46,543 nucleotides of DNA from a virus (Duplodnaviria > Caudoviricetes). Positions 25,493-35,104 of this stretch are shown one piece after another. The DNA lies in the IMG/VR virus record IMGVR_UViG_3300044711_000162, positions 1 through 46,543 of that record; one strand, given 5' to 3'. Every line of letters starts with the position of its first letter. Position 1 is the stretch's first letter. The notes beneath the pieces were generated by a model. The model was not told the origin of the DNA. It ran no database searches and saw nothing but the letters and a program-made list of their open reading frames with translations. The translations under genes were made by a program, and so were the position numbers.

Positions 25493-25789
25493 TTGGGGAT
25501 GATTTCGGCGCTCTCCGCCCCCGTTCCGGAAAAGCGGAACAGCGATTTTACCGATCGCGTGGTGCGCGTGCGGACGTTCGAGCGGGCGGCGGAGATGCTG
25601 GGGCAGGATCGGCTGGCGGCCGGGCTCGGGATCTCGGGGCGCATGGTGCGGATGCAGCTCGACGGGACGCGCGGGCTTTCGGATGCGTATCTTGCCGGCG
25701 CCGCGGCTGAGTTGGAACGCGCCGCGGCGGAAATGATCGCGCAGGCGGGGCGGCTTCGTCGGTTGTCGCGAGGCTCCAATGGGCGCTGA
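25493..25789 (+). CDS. HTH-like protein (start uncertain, 25493 or 25499)
   Basis: LGQDRLAAGLGISGRMVR. Confidence 0.65.
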   Translation: MGMISALSAPVPEKRNSDFTDRVVRVRTFERAAEMLGQDRLAAGLGISGRMVRMQLDGTRGLSDAYLAGAAAELERAAAEMIAQAGRLRRLSRGSNGR

Positions 25790-26588
25790 GCCGTCCAGCC
25801 TGGAAAAGGCGTTTACCGCCGAAGCGCCCGAGGATGCGGTGCTCGGCTTTGCGCAGAGCGCCGAGCAGCTCGACCTGCTGCGCGGCGACGACGGGAAGCT
25901 GCCGCAGAACGTGTTCCGGATCGTCCGACAGGAAGGCGATCGTCAGCGCGGCAAGGGCCGCCCGCCAGGTGCGCGCAACAAGCGCAACGACGATCTCGCG
26001 AAACTGATCGTGCACCAGCACGGCGACCCGGTGATGGCGATGGCGAGCCTCTATTCGCGGCCGCTCGACCAGCTGATCGAACTCGTGCTGATCGCCGACT
26101 CGACCGCTGAGCGCGAGGAACGGTTGCTGGCGCTGTGCGAGAGCGCCGAAGGCATGATCAACGCGATGGTGCGCAAGCTCGCCGATGGCGGCTTCGTCGA
26201 TCCGAGCTTGCTCAACGCGGCGACGCACGCGCTCGAACGCGTGTTCGATGCCGCGAAGGCGCTCAAGATGAAGCCTGGCGACCTGGCGATCAAGGCGCTC
26301 AACCTGCAGCTCGCCGCGGCGAAGGCAGTCGCCGAATATGTCCACAGCAAGAAGCCCGTGGAAGCGAACGTCAGCGTCGCAGTCGATGGGGTGATGGTGA
26401 TGGCGGCGGCGCCGGCAGGGTCGACCTTCGATCAACAGGACGCGATCGTCCGACAGGCCGCCGATGGCATCGCCGAGATGTTGCGCGATGGCCAGATCGA
26501 CCCGGCGCGGCTCGCCGACTTCCGGTTTGTCGACGGGCAATTCGTCGAAGCCGAATTCACCGAAGTGCCGGAGGGCGATGATGTCTGA
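25779..26588 (+). CDS. Putative terminase small subunit
   Basis: GRPPGARNKR motif; AAKAVAEYVHSK; upstream of TerL. Confidence 0.7.
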   Translation: MGAEPSSLEKAFTAEAPEDAVLGFAQSAEQLDLLRGDDGKLPQNVFRIVRQEGDRQRGKGRPPGARNKRNDDLAKLIVHQHGDPVMAMASLYSRPLDQLIELVLIADSTAEREERLLALCESAEGMINAMVRKLADGGFVDPSLLNAATHALERVFDAAKALKMKPGDLAIKALNLQLAAAKAVAEYVHSKKPVEANVSVAVDGVMVMAAAPAGSTFDQQDAIVRQAADGIAEMLRDGQIDPARLADFRFVDGQFVEAEFTEVPEGDDV

Positions 26589-26844
26589 CATGCCGAGCAT
26601 TCTGCACGAAGGCTGGCATATGCTTTGCCATCGCCAACACGGGGGCGAGCGGGCGCTACATGTCGATCATCGCGGAACGTGGCGCCTCGCCGACGTTCTG
26701 GGGCGTACGCGCATCGCGACCACTGCTGTGTACCGCCTCTACAGGTACCTCGGTCCGCTGGAGCCGAAGATTACGTCCCGCGCCGGAAGTAAACGGCGCT
26801 TTCATGTCGGGCCCCTGCCCGATGTCAGCGTCAGCCTCCCATGA
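26581..26844 (+). CDS. Hypothetical protein (about 87 aa)
   Basis: GGAGGG RBS; fills the TerS-TerL gap with overlaps. Confidence 0.5.
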   Translation: MSDMPSILHEGWHMLCHRQHGGERALHVDHRGTWRLADVLGRTRIATTAVYRLYRYLGPLEPKITSRAGSKRRFHVGPLPDVSVSLP

Positions 26845-28430
26845 CCGAATCCGCCCGCATCGTCGACTTGATGGCGCCCGTCGGCCCCAAGGCCGAGGGG
26901 TTCGTCGCCGACGAACGGTTCCTCAGCGCGATCATGGGTCCGTATGGTTCGGCGAAAACGACAAGCTGCATTCGGAAAATCTGGAACAGCATCGGGCTGC
27001 AGCCGCTGGTCGGCGGGATGCGCAAGGCGCGGTGGTGCGTGGTGCGCGATACCTATCAGCAGCTCGAGACGAACGTTCTCAACAGCTGGTTCACCTGGTT
27101 TCCCAAGACGAAGGACAATTGGAACGGGCGCGAGATGTGCCATCGGCTGCGCTATCAGGTGCAGTTTCCGTTCGAGCCTGGGCGCGCTCCCGAGATGTGG
27201 GAGCTGGAAATGTATTTCCGCGCGATGGGCGACCAGAAGGCGGAGCAGGTGCTCAAGGGGCTGGAGCTCACGGGCCTGTGGCTGAACGAGGTCGACACGC
27301 TCGACCGATCGGTGCTGCGCTTCGGCTTGCCGCGCACGGGCCGCTATCCGTCGTCGAAGGACGGCGGGTGCGGCTGGTCGGGCGTGATCGCCGATTTCAA
27401 CGCGCCCGATATCGACAACTGGACCTACGACCTGTTCGTCGAGAAGAATATCGGGCTGGATCCCGAGACCGAGGACGAACTGCGGCAGGCGCTCGGCCGG
27501 CGCTTCGGCATCGGCTTCTGGCGGCAACCGGGCGGGCGCTCGGTCGATCCGCCGGCGGAGAACATCCGCAACCTGCCCAAGGGCTATTACGAAACGATGA
27601 TGCTGGGCCTGCAGCCCAACGACGTGCGGCGGTTCGTCGACAATGAGTTCGGCGCGGTGCGCAACGGGCAGCCGGTCTATCCCGAGTATAACGACGATTT
27701 CCACTGCGCGAAGGAACCGCTGAAGCCGGTCCCCGGCGTGCCGGTGTGCGGCGGGCTCGACGGCGGATCGACGCCCGCGCTGGTGTTCGGCCAGCGGCTG
27801 GAGAGCGGCCAGATCCGCACGCTGGCCGAACTGGTCGTGTTTCAGGACGGCGACGACAAGCTGCTGGAGCGCCTGGGCCCCTATTATTTCGGCGAGCTCG
27901 CCGGATCCTATTGGCTCGAACATTTCGGGCGCTCGACGCTGGGGATCATCTGGGGCGACCCGGCGATCTGGTACGGCGATCAGGAAGGCGAGCAGTACAG
28001 CTGGGTCAAGGAATTCGAACGCGGATGGCTGGCCGCGGCGAAATTCCCAGTGAAGGTGAAGCCCGCGCCGGTGCAGGGCAACCGGCTGTCGCCGCGCCTC
28101 GAGGCGGTGCGCACGGGGCTGGTGCACAATGTCGGCGGCGGGCAACCCGGGCAGCTGATCTCACCGACCTGCAAGCGGCTGCGACGCGGGTTCCTGAACG
28201 GCTATGTCATCCTGCGCGTCGCGCTGAGCAACGGACAGGGCCGGTGGAAGGATGAGCCGCTCAAGAACGACTTCAGCCACGTCCACGACGCCAAGCAATA
28301 TCTCGACGTCGGCCTGACCAAGCGCGGCGACACGCTGTTCGCCGAGCAGCGCCCACAGAAGCCGGCGACGCGCCCCAAGGTGCAGTTCGGCGGCGGACCC
28401 TTTGCGCACAAGCAGGGAGCATCCCGATGA
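26841..28430 (+). CDS. terL: Terminase large subunit
   Basis: Walker A GPYGSAKT, Walker B LWLNE, nuclease GLDGG and SHVHDA. Confidence 0.92.
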   Translation: MTESARIVDLMAPVGPKAEGFVADERFLSAIMGPYGSAKTTSCIRKIWNSIGLQPLVGGMRKARWCVVRDTYQQLETNVLNSWFTWFPKTKDNWNGREMCHRLRYQVQFPFEPGRAPEMWELEMYFRAMGDQKAEQVLKGLELTGLWLNEVDTLDRSVLRFGLPRTGRYPSSKDGGCGWSGVIADFNAPDIDNWTYDLFVEKNIGLDPETEDELRQALGRRFGIGFWRQPGGRSVDPPAENIRNLPKGYYETMMLGLQPNDVRRFVDNEFGAVRNGQPVYPEYNDDFHCAKEPLKPVPGVPVCGGLDGGSTPALVFGQRLESGQIRTLAELVVFQDGDDKLLERLGPYYFGELAGSYWLEHFGRSTLGIIWGDPAIWYGDQEGEQYSWVKEFERGWLAAAKFPVKVKPAPVQGNRLSPRLEAVRTGLVHNVGGGQPGQLISPTCKRLRRGFLNGYVILRVALSNGQGRWKDEPLKNDFSHVHDAKQYLDVGLTKRGDTLFAEQRPQKPATRPKVQFGGGPFAHKQGASR

Positions 28431-28672
28431 CCTTCGCAGCAGCATTGCCCTTTCTCGCCGCCGGTTTGGTCGGGGGCGCCGCGATTACGGCGCTGAAAAA
28501 GCCCGCCGCCGCGCCGCGGATGGCGGTGCCGTTGCCGACGGCGACGGCGCGGACGAGTTCGGTGGTTTCGGATGCGCTGTCGCGGCGGACGGGGTCGGCG
28601 GCGAACCGGCGGACGGGGGCGCTGGGCGCGGAGTCGTCGGCGGCGCCCAAGAAAACGTTGATGGGCACGTGA
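28427..28672 (+). CDS. Small putative virion protein
   Basis: Position between TerL and portal; KKTLMG C-terminus. Confidence 0.65.
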   Translation: MTFAAALPFLAAGLVGGAAITALKKPAAAPRMAVPLPTATARTSSVVSDALSRRTGSAANRRTGALGAESSAAPKKTLMGT

Positions 28673-28712
28673 GCGCCCTTCTCCCCTTTTTCGGTTTTGA
28701 ACGGAGGCTGTG

Positions 28713-29423
28713 ATGGCAAACGAAAATTCGGTGGAATTCGACCTGGCGGAGCTGCTGAACGGCAGCGTCGACAGCGTCAAGGCGAAGCTGGGCGACATGC
28801 CTGTCGACCAACTGCGGAAGCTGTTGGAGCTGGAGAGCGGCGACAAGAAACGCGAGACCTTGATTTCGGCAATCAATGCCGAGGGCAAGTCGCGCGACGA
28901 CCTGGTCGCCGACGGGTCCGCGAACGAACCGCTCACCTACACCAAGGCCGAAGTCGACGAACTGCTCGACCGGCAGAAGAAGCGGCTCGGCGATGCGCAT
29001 GCGAAGGTGGTCGAGAAGCTCAAGGCCGAAGTACCGAAGGCGGGCAAGAACGCCGCGGCGGTGAAGCCGCTGGTGCTGTCGCCGAAGGCGCGGGGGATCG
29101 TGGACGAGGTGTTCTCGGGGGTGACCAAGATCATGTTCGTCGACGCCGACAATCGGCCGCTGCCGGGGCTGCCGGCGCTGCCGTTCGAGCCTTACGATTA
29201 TCGCCGCAGCCACGATCGCGCGATTCTCGACGTGGAGGTGCGCTTCCCGCCCGGGTTGGCGGGGCACGATGTGGTGGGCGCGTTCGTGCTCAATGGCGAC
29301 GGGGCGCCGGTCGCGGTGGCGCGGTTGGTCGCGCCGTTCCATGTCGGCGGTGGCATGACGGCTGTGCTGCCGCCGAGCGCGCTGAGCTTCGAGGGCGGCC
29401 CGTCGGCCGCTGCCGCCGCGTGA
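28713..29423 (+). CDS. Hypothetical structural-region protein
   Basis: GGAGG RBS; typical codon usage. Confidence 0.75.
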   Translation: MANENSVEFDLAELLNGSVDSVKAKLGDMPVDQLRKLLELESGDKKRETLISAINAEGKSRDDLVADGSANEPLTYTKAEVDELLDRQKKRLGDAHAKVVEKLKAEVPKAGKNAAAVKPLVLSPKARGIVDEVFSGVTKIMFVDADNRPLPGLPALPFEPYDYRRSHDRAILDVEVRFPPGLAGHDVVGAFVLNGDGAPVAVARLVAPFHVGGGMTAVLPPSALSFEGGPSAAAAA

Positions 29424-29636
29424 GGGGGGGGGCGTCCTTACCCTCGTACCAACGCGCCCAGCGCGCGTCGGTGGCGTGCCGCATGGCGCGGCGGAGCGCA
29501 GGGCTGGCCTATGCCCACGCCTGGCGTGAGCGGATGAAGCCGGCGTTTGACGCGATGTACGGGCCCGAGACCTGCGAGCGCTGTGGCCGGGTCCACAGTT
29601 GAATTCAGCGCTCAATATTCTTCGAGGAGAAGTAAA

Positions 29637-29840
29637 GTGACAATCGGCATCAAAGTCAGTGTCAACGGCAACTACAAATGCCCGGTTACCTTCAAGCAAG
29701 GCGACCGCCAGGAAAACCATGTGGTCTCAGGTTTCGGACGCGACACACCAAACGAACTCTACATTCCGTTTAGCCATGGCGCGGAAGTGATGACGTTGAA
29801 TATTGGGCCGGAAGAGCCGGACAACGGCGAGGCGGAATAA
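29637..29840 (+). CDS. Small lower-GC hypothetical protein (67 aa)
   Basis: GAGGAG RBS, GTG start, MTIGIKVSVNGNYK. Confidence 0.6.
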   Translation: MTIGIKVSVNGNYKCPVTFKQGDRQENHVVSGFGRDTPNELYIPFSHGAEVMTLNIGPEEPDNGEAE

Positions 29841-29861
29841 CCAAGCCGGGGAGGCAGGAGC

Positions 29862-31541
29862 ATGTTGTTCGATAATCGCCAGATCGAAGCCAATCAGGCC
29901 CGTATGGAAAGTGCGCGGTCGGGTTTCGATGCGATGTGCGGCGAAATCGCGCGCATGCTCCTGCCGGATCGCGCGGGCTATTCCAGCGGTTCGTGGTTCG
30001 GGCAGGGGCAGTCCGGCACGAACTACCAGTATGACGAATATGGCGCGATGGCGCTGGCGGACGGCGTTTCGCTGTTCGAGGGTTTCACCATGCCGCGCGG
30101 GCAGGAATGGCAGAAGATCCGCGTATCGAACCAACGCATCATGGACGATGTCGTTTGCGCGCGCTGGCTCGAGGAAAAGACGCGGCGGCTGTTCGAGCTG
30201 CGCAACGATCCGGAGAGCGGCTATGCCGGCGCGGTTCACCAGAGCGCGGAGAATTTGCTGTCGCTTTGGGGGCAGTCGATCTGGATCGACCACCGCTACG
30301 ACGCCAGCGGGCGGCGCGCGGGGCTGAGCTATTGCAGCGAGGACGTGGGCGCGGTGTGGGTCGAGCGCGACGCGGGCGGCAACGTGATGCGCGTGCACCG
30401 CAAGCTGTGCCTGACCGCCGAGCAGGCGCTCGACAAATGGAAGGACAAGGCGCCGCCGAAGGTGGTCGACGCGATGTCGGACCGGCACAAGCCGCCGCGG
30501 CGCGACCAACGGTTCGAGTTCCTGCATGTGATCGAACGCAATCCGAACATGCTGTCGGGCCGGATCGACGCGGCGGGCAAGCCGTGGATCGGCTGCTATT
30601 ATTCGATCGCCGACAAGATGGTTTTCGAGGAAGGCGGCTATCGCACGCTGCGGCGCGTGGTGAGCTGTTTCGCGCGATCGTCGGGCGAGGATTATGGGCG
30701 CTCCCCGGCGATGCGGTTGCTGCCGGCGCTGCGCGCGACGCAGATCATCATGCAGGATCGCGTGCTGGCGACCGAGCAGATGGTGAAGCCGCCGCTGCTG
30801 GCACCGAACGACGAACTGGATCGCGCGGTTATCGACCTGGGGCCGTGGGGCATCACCTATGGCGGGCTCGACGATCGCGGCGCCGAAATGCTCAAGCCGT
30901 TCCTCGACTCGATCGACCTGTCGGGCGCGAAGGATCTCCATGCCGAGATCCGGAGCATGATCGACCGTGGGTATTGGCGCGACCTGCTGCAGATCTTCCG
31001 CGAGCAGAAGACGCATATCACGGCGCTGCGCACGTCGGAGGAAATGTCGGAAAAGGGCGTGCTGCTTTCCCCGCTCGCGCGGCAGGAGCAGGAGTGGCAC
31101 GCGCCGGCGCTGCACGTCGAGCTCGACCTGATGTGGGAGGACGGCGAGTTCGACGACATGCCGGCGATGCTGGTCGATTATTTCGAGGCCGGCGGCGGCG
31201 TGAAGGCGGTGTACGACAATCTGCTGTCGCAGATGATGGACGCGGCCGACGGCGCGAGCTTCCTGCGCATGGTCCAGCAATTCGACGTGGTGGCGCAGCT
31301 GGATCCGCAAGGCGCGGTGCAGGCTTTCAAGCGCGAATATCCGCTGGACAAGGTCATTCCGTTCCTGGGGCAGTCCAATGGCGTGCCGGCGCGGCTGCGC
31401 GCGACGGACGAGGAAAAGGCCGCATACGACAGTCAGGCGCAGCAGGCGGCGATGGCGCAACAGCTGATCGAAGCGGCGCCGGCGCTGTCAGGCGCGGTCA
31501 AGAATTTCGCGCAGGCCGAAGCGGTATCGAGCGGTGCTTGA
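29862..31541 (+). CDS. Portal (head-to-tail connector) protein
   Basis: 559 aa; GEDYGRSPAM..LP, KPPLL, TA..E..EKG.LLSP motifs of podoviral connectors. Confidence 0.92.
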   Translation: MLFDNRQIEANQARMESARSGFDAMCGEIARMLLPDRAGYSSGSWFGQGQSGTNYQYDEYGAMALADGVSLFEGFTMPRGQEWQKIRVSNQRIMDDVVCARWLEEKTRRLFELRNDPESGYAGAVHQSAENLLSLWGQSIWIDHRYDASGRRAGLSYCSEDVGAVWVERDAGGNVMRVHRKLCLTAEQALDKWKDKAPPKVVDAMSDRHKPPRRDQRFEFLHVIERNPNMLSGRIDAAGKPWIGCYYSIADKMVFEEGGYRTLRRVVSCFARSSGEDYGRSPAMRLLPALRATQIIMQDRVLATEQMVKPPLLAPNDELDRAVIDLGPWGITYGGLDDRGAEMLKPFLDSIDLSGAKDLHAEIRSMIDRGYWRDLLQIFREQKTHITALRTSEEMSEKGVLLSPLARQEQEWHAPALHVELDLMWEDGEFDDMPAMLVDYFEAGGGVKAVYDNLLSQMMDAADGASFLRMVQQFDVVAQLDPQGAVQAFKREYPLDKVIPFLGQSNGVPARLRATDEEKAAYDSQAQQAAMAQQLIEAAPALSGAVKNFAQAEAVSSGA

Positions 31542-31881
31542 TCAGGAGATCATGGCGCTCGACGCGCGCCTGCAGGCCGAACGCGCGCACCGGCTTCGCG
31601 CCCGCCTGGCGCTGATTTTCGAGCGCAACACGGTGCTCGCCTATCGCCGGCTGTTCCTCGGCCCCGACGGCGAGCTGACGCCCGACGCGGTGCGCGTGCT
31701 CGGCGACCTGGCGGCGCGCGCGCTGATCGGCGTGTCGGATGCGGCGGCTACCAGCGGTGCCGATCTGCGCGACCGCGCGGGAAAACGTTCGATCGTGCTG
31801 CACCTGATGCGGCGGCTCGATCAGTCGGGCGTGAGACTCAAGGAACTGGCACTCAAACTGCGGGAGACACCAAATGAGTGA
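31534..31881 (+). CDS. Conserved post-portal protein (Bbp19-like)
   Basis: AYRRLF..G..VLGDL..GKRSIVL; synteny. Confidence 0.7.
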   Translation: MLDQEIMALDARLQAERAHRLRARLALIFERNTVLAYRRLFLGPDGELTPDAVRVLGDLAARALIGVSDAAATSGADLRDRAGKRSIVLHLMRRLDQSGVRLKELALKLRETPNE

Positions 31882-32740
31882 TGGAGCGGGCGGCGCGGCC
31901 GCCGATGCGCTGAAGGGCGATCAGGGGCAAGGTGGCGGCGATGCCGGCGCCGGCGCGGGCGCCGGGGGCGAAGGGGGTGGTGGCGATCGGTGGCAGGACA
32001 AGTTCCTTGGCCCCGAACTGCGCGGCAACGAAACGCTGGCGAACTACAAGTCGATCGACGATGTGGGCAAGGCGCTGATCGAGACCCAGGCATTCGCGCG
32101 CGGTCGTGTCGCGGTGCCGAAAGCGGGTGACGCCGATTTCGACACCAAGTTCGCCGAGTTCGCCGGCAAGGTGCGCCCGGAGAAGGCGGAGGATTACAAG
32201 ATCCTCGACGCCGACGGCAAGCCGAGCGAGATGGGCGAAGCGTTTCGCGGGATCTTCTATGAATCGGGGCTGCACCCGGCGCAGGCGGAGAAGCTGACGC
32301 AGGCGTGGAATCAGCACAGCGCCGATACGCTGAGCAAGATCGAGCAAGCCGGCAAGGATGAGGTCCGCGCGATCGAACTGGATCTGGGCACGTCCGCGTT
32401 CAACCAGCGCGTGACGGCGGTGCAGGGCATGCTGAAAGGCGTGGGGATCGAGATCGACGATATCGTTCCGGCGATGTCGACGTTGGGAGGCAGCGCCGGC
32501 AAGGCGGTGCAGGCGCTGTTCAAGCTGGCGGAAAGCACGGGCGAGCTGGCGAAGGTCGACGGCGTCGACGTGCAGATCCGCATGGGCACGATGACGCCGC
32601 AACAGGCGCATGCCGAACTGGACGCGATGCGCGCCCGCGCGGTCAGCGACAAGGAATATGCAGCCAAATTGGGAGATCCGAAAAGCGTGGAAGCACAGCG
32701 GCGCAAGGCCGTGCAGGGCATGGCCGCAAAACAGGCTTGA
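31874..32740 (+). CDS. Capsid scaffolding protein
   Basis: Gly/acidic N-terminus; YKSIDD..KAL; RPEKAEDY; precedes the capsid gene. Confidence 0.8.
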   Translation: MSDGAGGAAADALKGDQGQGGGDAGAGAGAGGEGGGGDRWQDKFLGPELRGNETLANYKSIDDVGKALIETQAFARGRVAVPKAGDADFDTKFAEFAGKVRPEKAEDYKILDADGKPSEMGEAFRGIFYESGLHPAQAEKLTQAWNQHSADTLSKIEQAGKDEVRAIELDLGTSAFNQRVTAVQGMLKGVGIEIDDIVPAMSTLGGSAGKAVQALFKLAESTGELAKVDGVDVQIRMGTMTPQQAHAELDAMRARAVSDKEYAAKLGDPKSVEAQRRKAVQGMAAKQA

Positions 32741-32766
32741 CAAAAACAGCCAATATGGGATTTTTA
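32737..32766 (+). promoter_or_regulatory. Capsid promoter with operator-like box
   Basis: TTGACA followed by GCCAATATGGGA (32749-32760). Confidence 0.75.
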
Positions 32767-32963
32767 TCGCGCGGTCGGGGAGTGGTGCACAGCATTCCCC
32801 GCCCGAATCTTCGGCCTCTCCGGTGTCGAGCCGGACCCGGATGCACCTGGCGAAAGCAGCCACGCGAAAAGGGATGCGAGATTCCCCAGACGGACTCGGA
32901 CAGCGACCCTGAGCCGACCTCTCCAGTCGAAGCCATCGAAACTTCGATCTTGGGAGGCCAATC

Positions 32964-33890
32964 ATGGCACAGTGGGAAACTTCCGAACGCGACATTCAGT
33001 ATCGCGACAACGTCCAGCTCGAGCTCGCGCAGGAGCCGGGCATTCTCTATCAGCTCGCCGCCAAGGGCGGCAATCATGCGGGCGCCACCGAGGCGCGCAT
33101 CGAAACGCGTTTCGACCAGCTGAGCCTGCAGAAGAAGACGGCGCAGAACGGCGACACCAACTACAGCAACGTCAATTCGAAGAACCGTTTCGTCAAGAAG
33201 CCGGGCAGTTCGAACGTCGCGACGCTGATCGACCGCGATGCGGTGAATTCGACCAGCGTCGAACCGAAGTCGCCGCTGATCATGCAGACCGCCAAGGCGG
33301 TGCGCAAATATCGCGACGATCAGTTCCTGATGGGCTTCTGGGGCAACGCCTATGAAGGCGCCGAGAGCAGCAGCACGACGGTCGCGTTTCCCAGCGCGAA
33401 CAAGATCGCGTACAACTTCGGCGGTTCGTCGGGCCTTACGCTGGCCAAGCTGATCGAGCTGCGCCGCCAGATGGACCTGGCCAATGTCGACTTCACCGAA
33501 GAAATGCCGGTGATCCTGCTCGACGCCGATGCGGCGAGCGACCTGCGCAACATCGATAAGTACCAGAGCATCACCTACAACGGCGACAAGCCGCTGATCA
33601 AAGGCGAGCTGGTGCCGTGGATGGGGTTCCGGTTCCTCCAGGCCAATCTGGGCAGCGCGACGGCGTATCCGAACGCCTATGCCTATTTCAAGCCGACCAG
33701 CTACAACCAGCTTCCGGTGATCGTGCCGAGCGCGATGTATCGCGGCACCTGGGTCGAGTTCTTCGGCAAGGCCGGGACGCCGATGCCCGACAAGCAGTGG
33801 AGCGAGCAGATCTACGCCGAGGCGGAGGAGGCGTTCGTTCGCACCGACGAAGCCAAGACGTGGTTCATCGAAACGGTCCCGCTGGGCTGA
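32964..33890 (+). CDS. Major capsid protein
   Basis: 308 aa, strong codon bias, GGGAGG RBS, PLIKGELVPWMGFRF; synteny. Confidence 0.88.
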   Translation: MAQWETSERDIQYRDNVQLELAQEPGILYQLAAKGGNHAGATEARIETRFDQLSLQKKTAQNGDTNYSNVNSKNRFVKKPGSSNVATLIDRDAVNSTSVEPKSPLIMQTAKAVRKYRDDQFLMGFWGNAYEGAESSSTTVAFPSANKIAYNFGGSSGLTLAKLIELRRQMDLANVDFTEEMPVILLDADAASDLRNIDKYQSITYNGDKPLIKGELVPWMGFRFLQANLGSATAYPNAYAYFKPTSYNQLPVIVPSAMYRGTWVEFFGKAGTPMPDKQWSEQIYAEAEEAFVRTDEAKTWFIETVPLG

Positions 33891-33900
33891 TCCACTCGGA

Positions 33901-33925
33901 GCGGGGCTTCGGCCCCGCCCCTTTC
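33901..33925 (+). terminator. Hairpin (UUCG loop) after the capsid gene; weak terminator or stabiliser
   Basis: GCGGGGC-TTCG-GCCCCGC then CCTTT. Confidence 0.6.
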
Positions 33926-33942
33926 AAGGAAGGAAGGACATC

Positions 33943-34377
33943 ATGGCCTATTCTCGTGGCAAACTCTACGCCGGCACCGCGCTGTACAAGCACGGCCGCG
34001 GCTCCGACACGGATGCCGCCCTGCGGCTGTCGCGCAACGTGTTCGACCTGGCGAGCGACAGCGATCCCGCCGGGGGCACGACCAACGGACTGTTTCTGGG
34101 CACGATCCGAGAGGGTTGCGTGCCGCGCGGCTTTCGCATCGCCTGCACGACCAACCTGTCGGGCATCAACTTCACGATCGGCACGATTGCCAGCGTCGCG
34201 AAATATGCCGCCGCGGCGGCCGGACCGGCGGCGAACGCCGAAGTGGCGTACACGATGCCGATCGCGGCGAAGTCGCAGGATCCGCTCACCGCGCCGGAAG
34301 ACATCTACGCCTTCCCGTCCGGCGCGCTGCAGGCCACCGGCACGCTGGTGACGCAGATGGAATACGCCCACCGATAG
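33943..34377 (+). CDS. Putative capsid decoration/cement protein
   Basis: 144 aa, beta-rich, directly after the capsid gene, strong RBS. Confidence 0.65.
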   Translation: MAYSRGKLYAGTALYKHGRGSDTDAALRLSRNVFDLASDSDPAGGTTNGLFLGTIREGCVPRGFRIACTTNLSGINFTIGTIASVAKYAAAAAGPAANAEVAYTMPIAAKSQDPLTAPEDIYAFPSGALQATGTLVTQMEYAHR

Positions 34378-34492
34378 GCGCCGGGCGGGGCCCGCAGTCC
34401 CCGCCTTTCGCCCGCGCCGTCGGGGGATTGTCCGGTACGGATAATCGGAGTGAGGGCTCCTCTCCCGGCGGCGCAACCCTTCTGGAGTGGTT

Positions 34493-35101
34493 ATGCCGCA
34501 GCCGCCAAGTCAGCTGAAGATCGTGAACGCGGCGCTGACGCGGCTGGGCAACAACAGCCAGCTCACGAGCATGGAGCAGGGCGGCAACGTAGCCGCCCGC
34601 TTCGCCGCGACCTGGGATCTCGTCCGGCGCGCGCTGCTGGCGCGGCACCCGTGGAATTTTGCGATCGAGCGCGCGCTGCTGAACGCGTCGGGCGATGCGC
34701 CGGCGTTCGGGTGGGCGCGGCGGTTCCAGTTGCCCGCGGGCTGTCTGCGGTGGCTGCCACCCGCGCAGGGCGACGCCGATTTTTTCGAGGGCGAGCGCGA
34801 GGGCGATTATATCCTCACCGATGCCGAAGCGCCGCTGAAGGTGCGCTTCATCGCCGATCATGACGACGTCACGCGCTGGTCGCCCGGGTTCGTCGAGGCG
34901 ATCACGCATTGCCTGGCCGGATGGGTATCCGAAGGCGTGACGCAAAGCGGCCGGATCTCCGAGCGCGCCGATGCGATCGCGGACGAGGCCGTGCGCATCG
35001 GCAAGCGGCTGGACGGGCTGGAAAGCACGCCGGGCCGGCGCCCGCGCGCGGTGGTGGCATCGAGCTGGCTGCGCGCGCGCAACCGCCCGTGGAACGGCTG
35101 A
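34493..35101 (+). CDS. Tail tubular protein A (adaptor)
   Basis: IVNAAL.RLG..HPWNFA..FQLPAGCLR. Confidence 0.85.
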   Translation: MPQPPSQLKIVNAALTRLGNNSQLTSMEQGGNVAARFAATWDLVRRALLARHPWNFAIERALLNASGDAPAFGWARRFQLPAGCLRWLPPAQGDADFFEGEREGDYILTDAEAPLKVRFIADHDDVTRWSPGFVEAITHCLAGWVSEGVTQSGRISERADAIADEAVRIGKRLDGLESTPGRRPRAVVASSWLRARNRPWNG

Positions 35102-35104
35102 GCG

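Noticed and set aside
24753-25502. 249-aa ORF
   Set aside because: Gly/Arg-rich low-information sequence overlapping an operator box and G/C tracts; no convincing RBS
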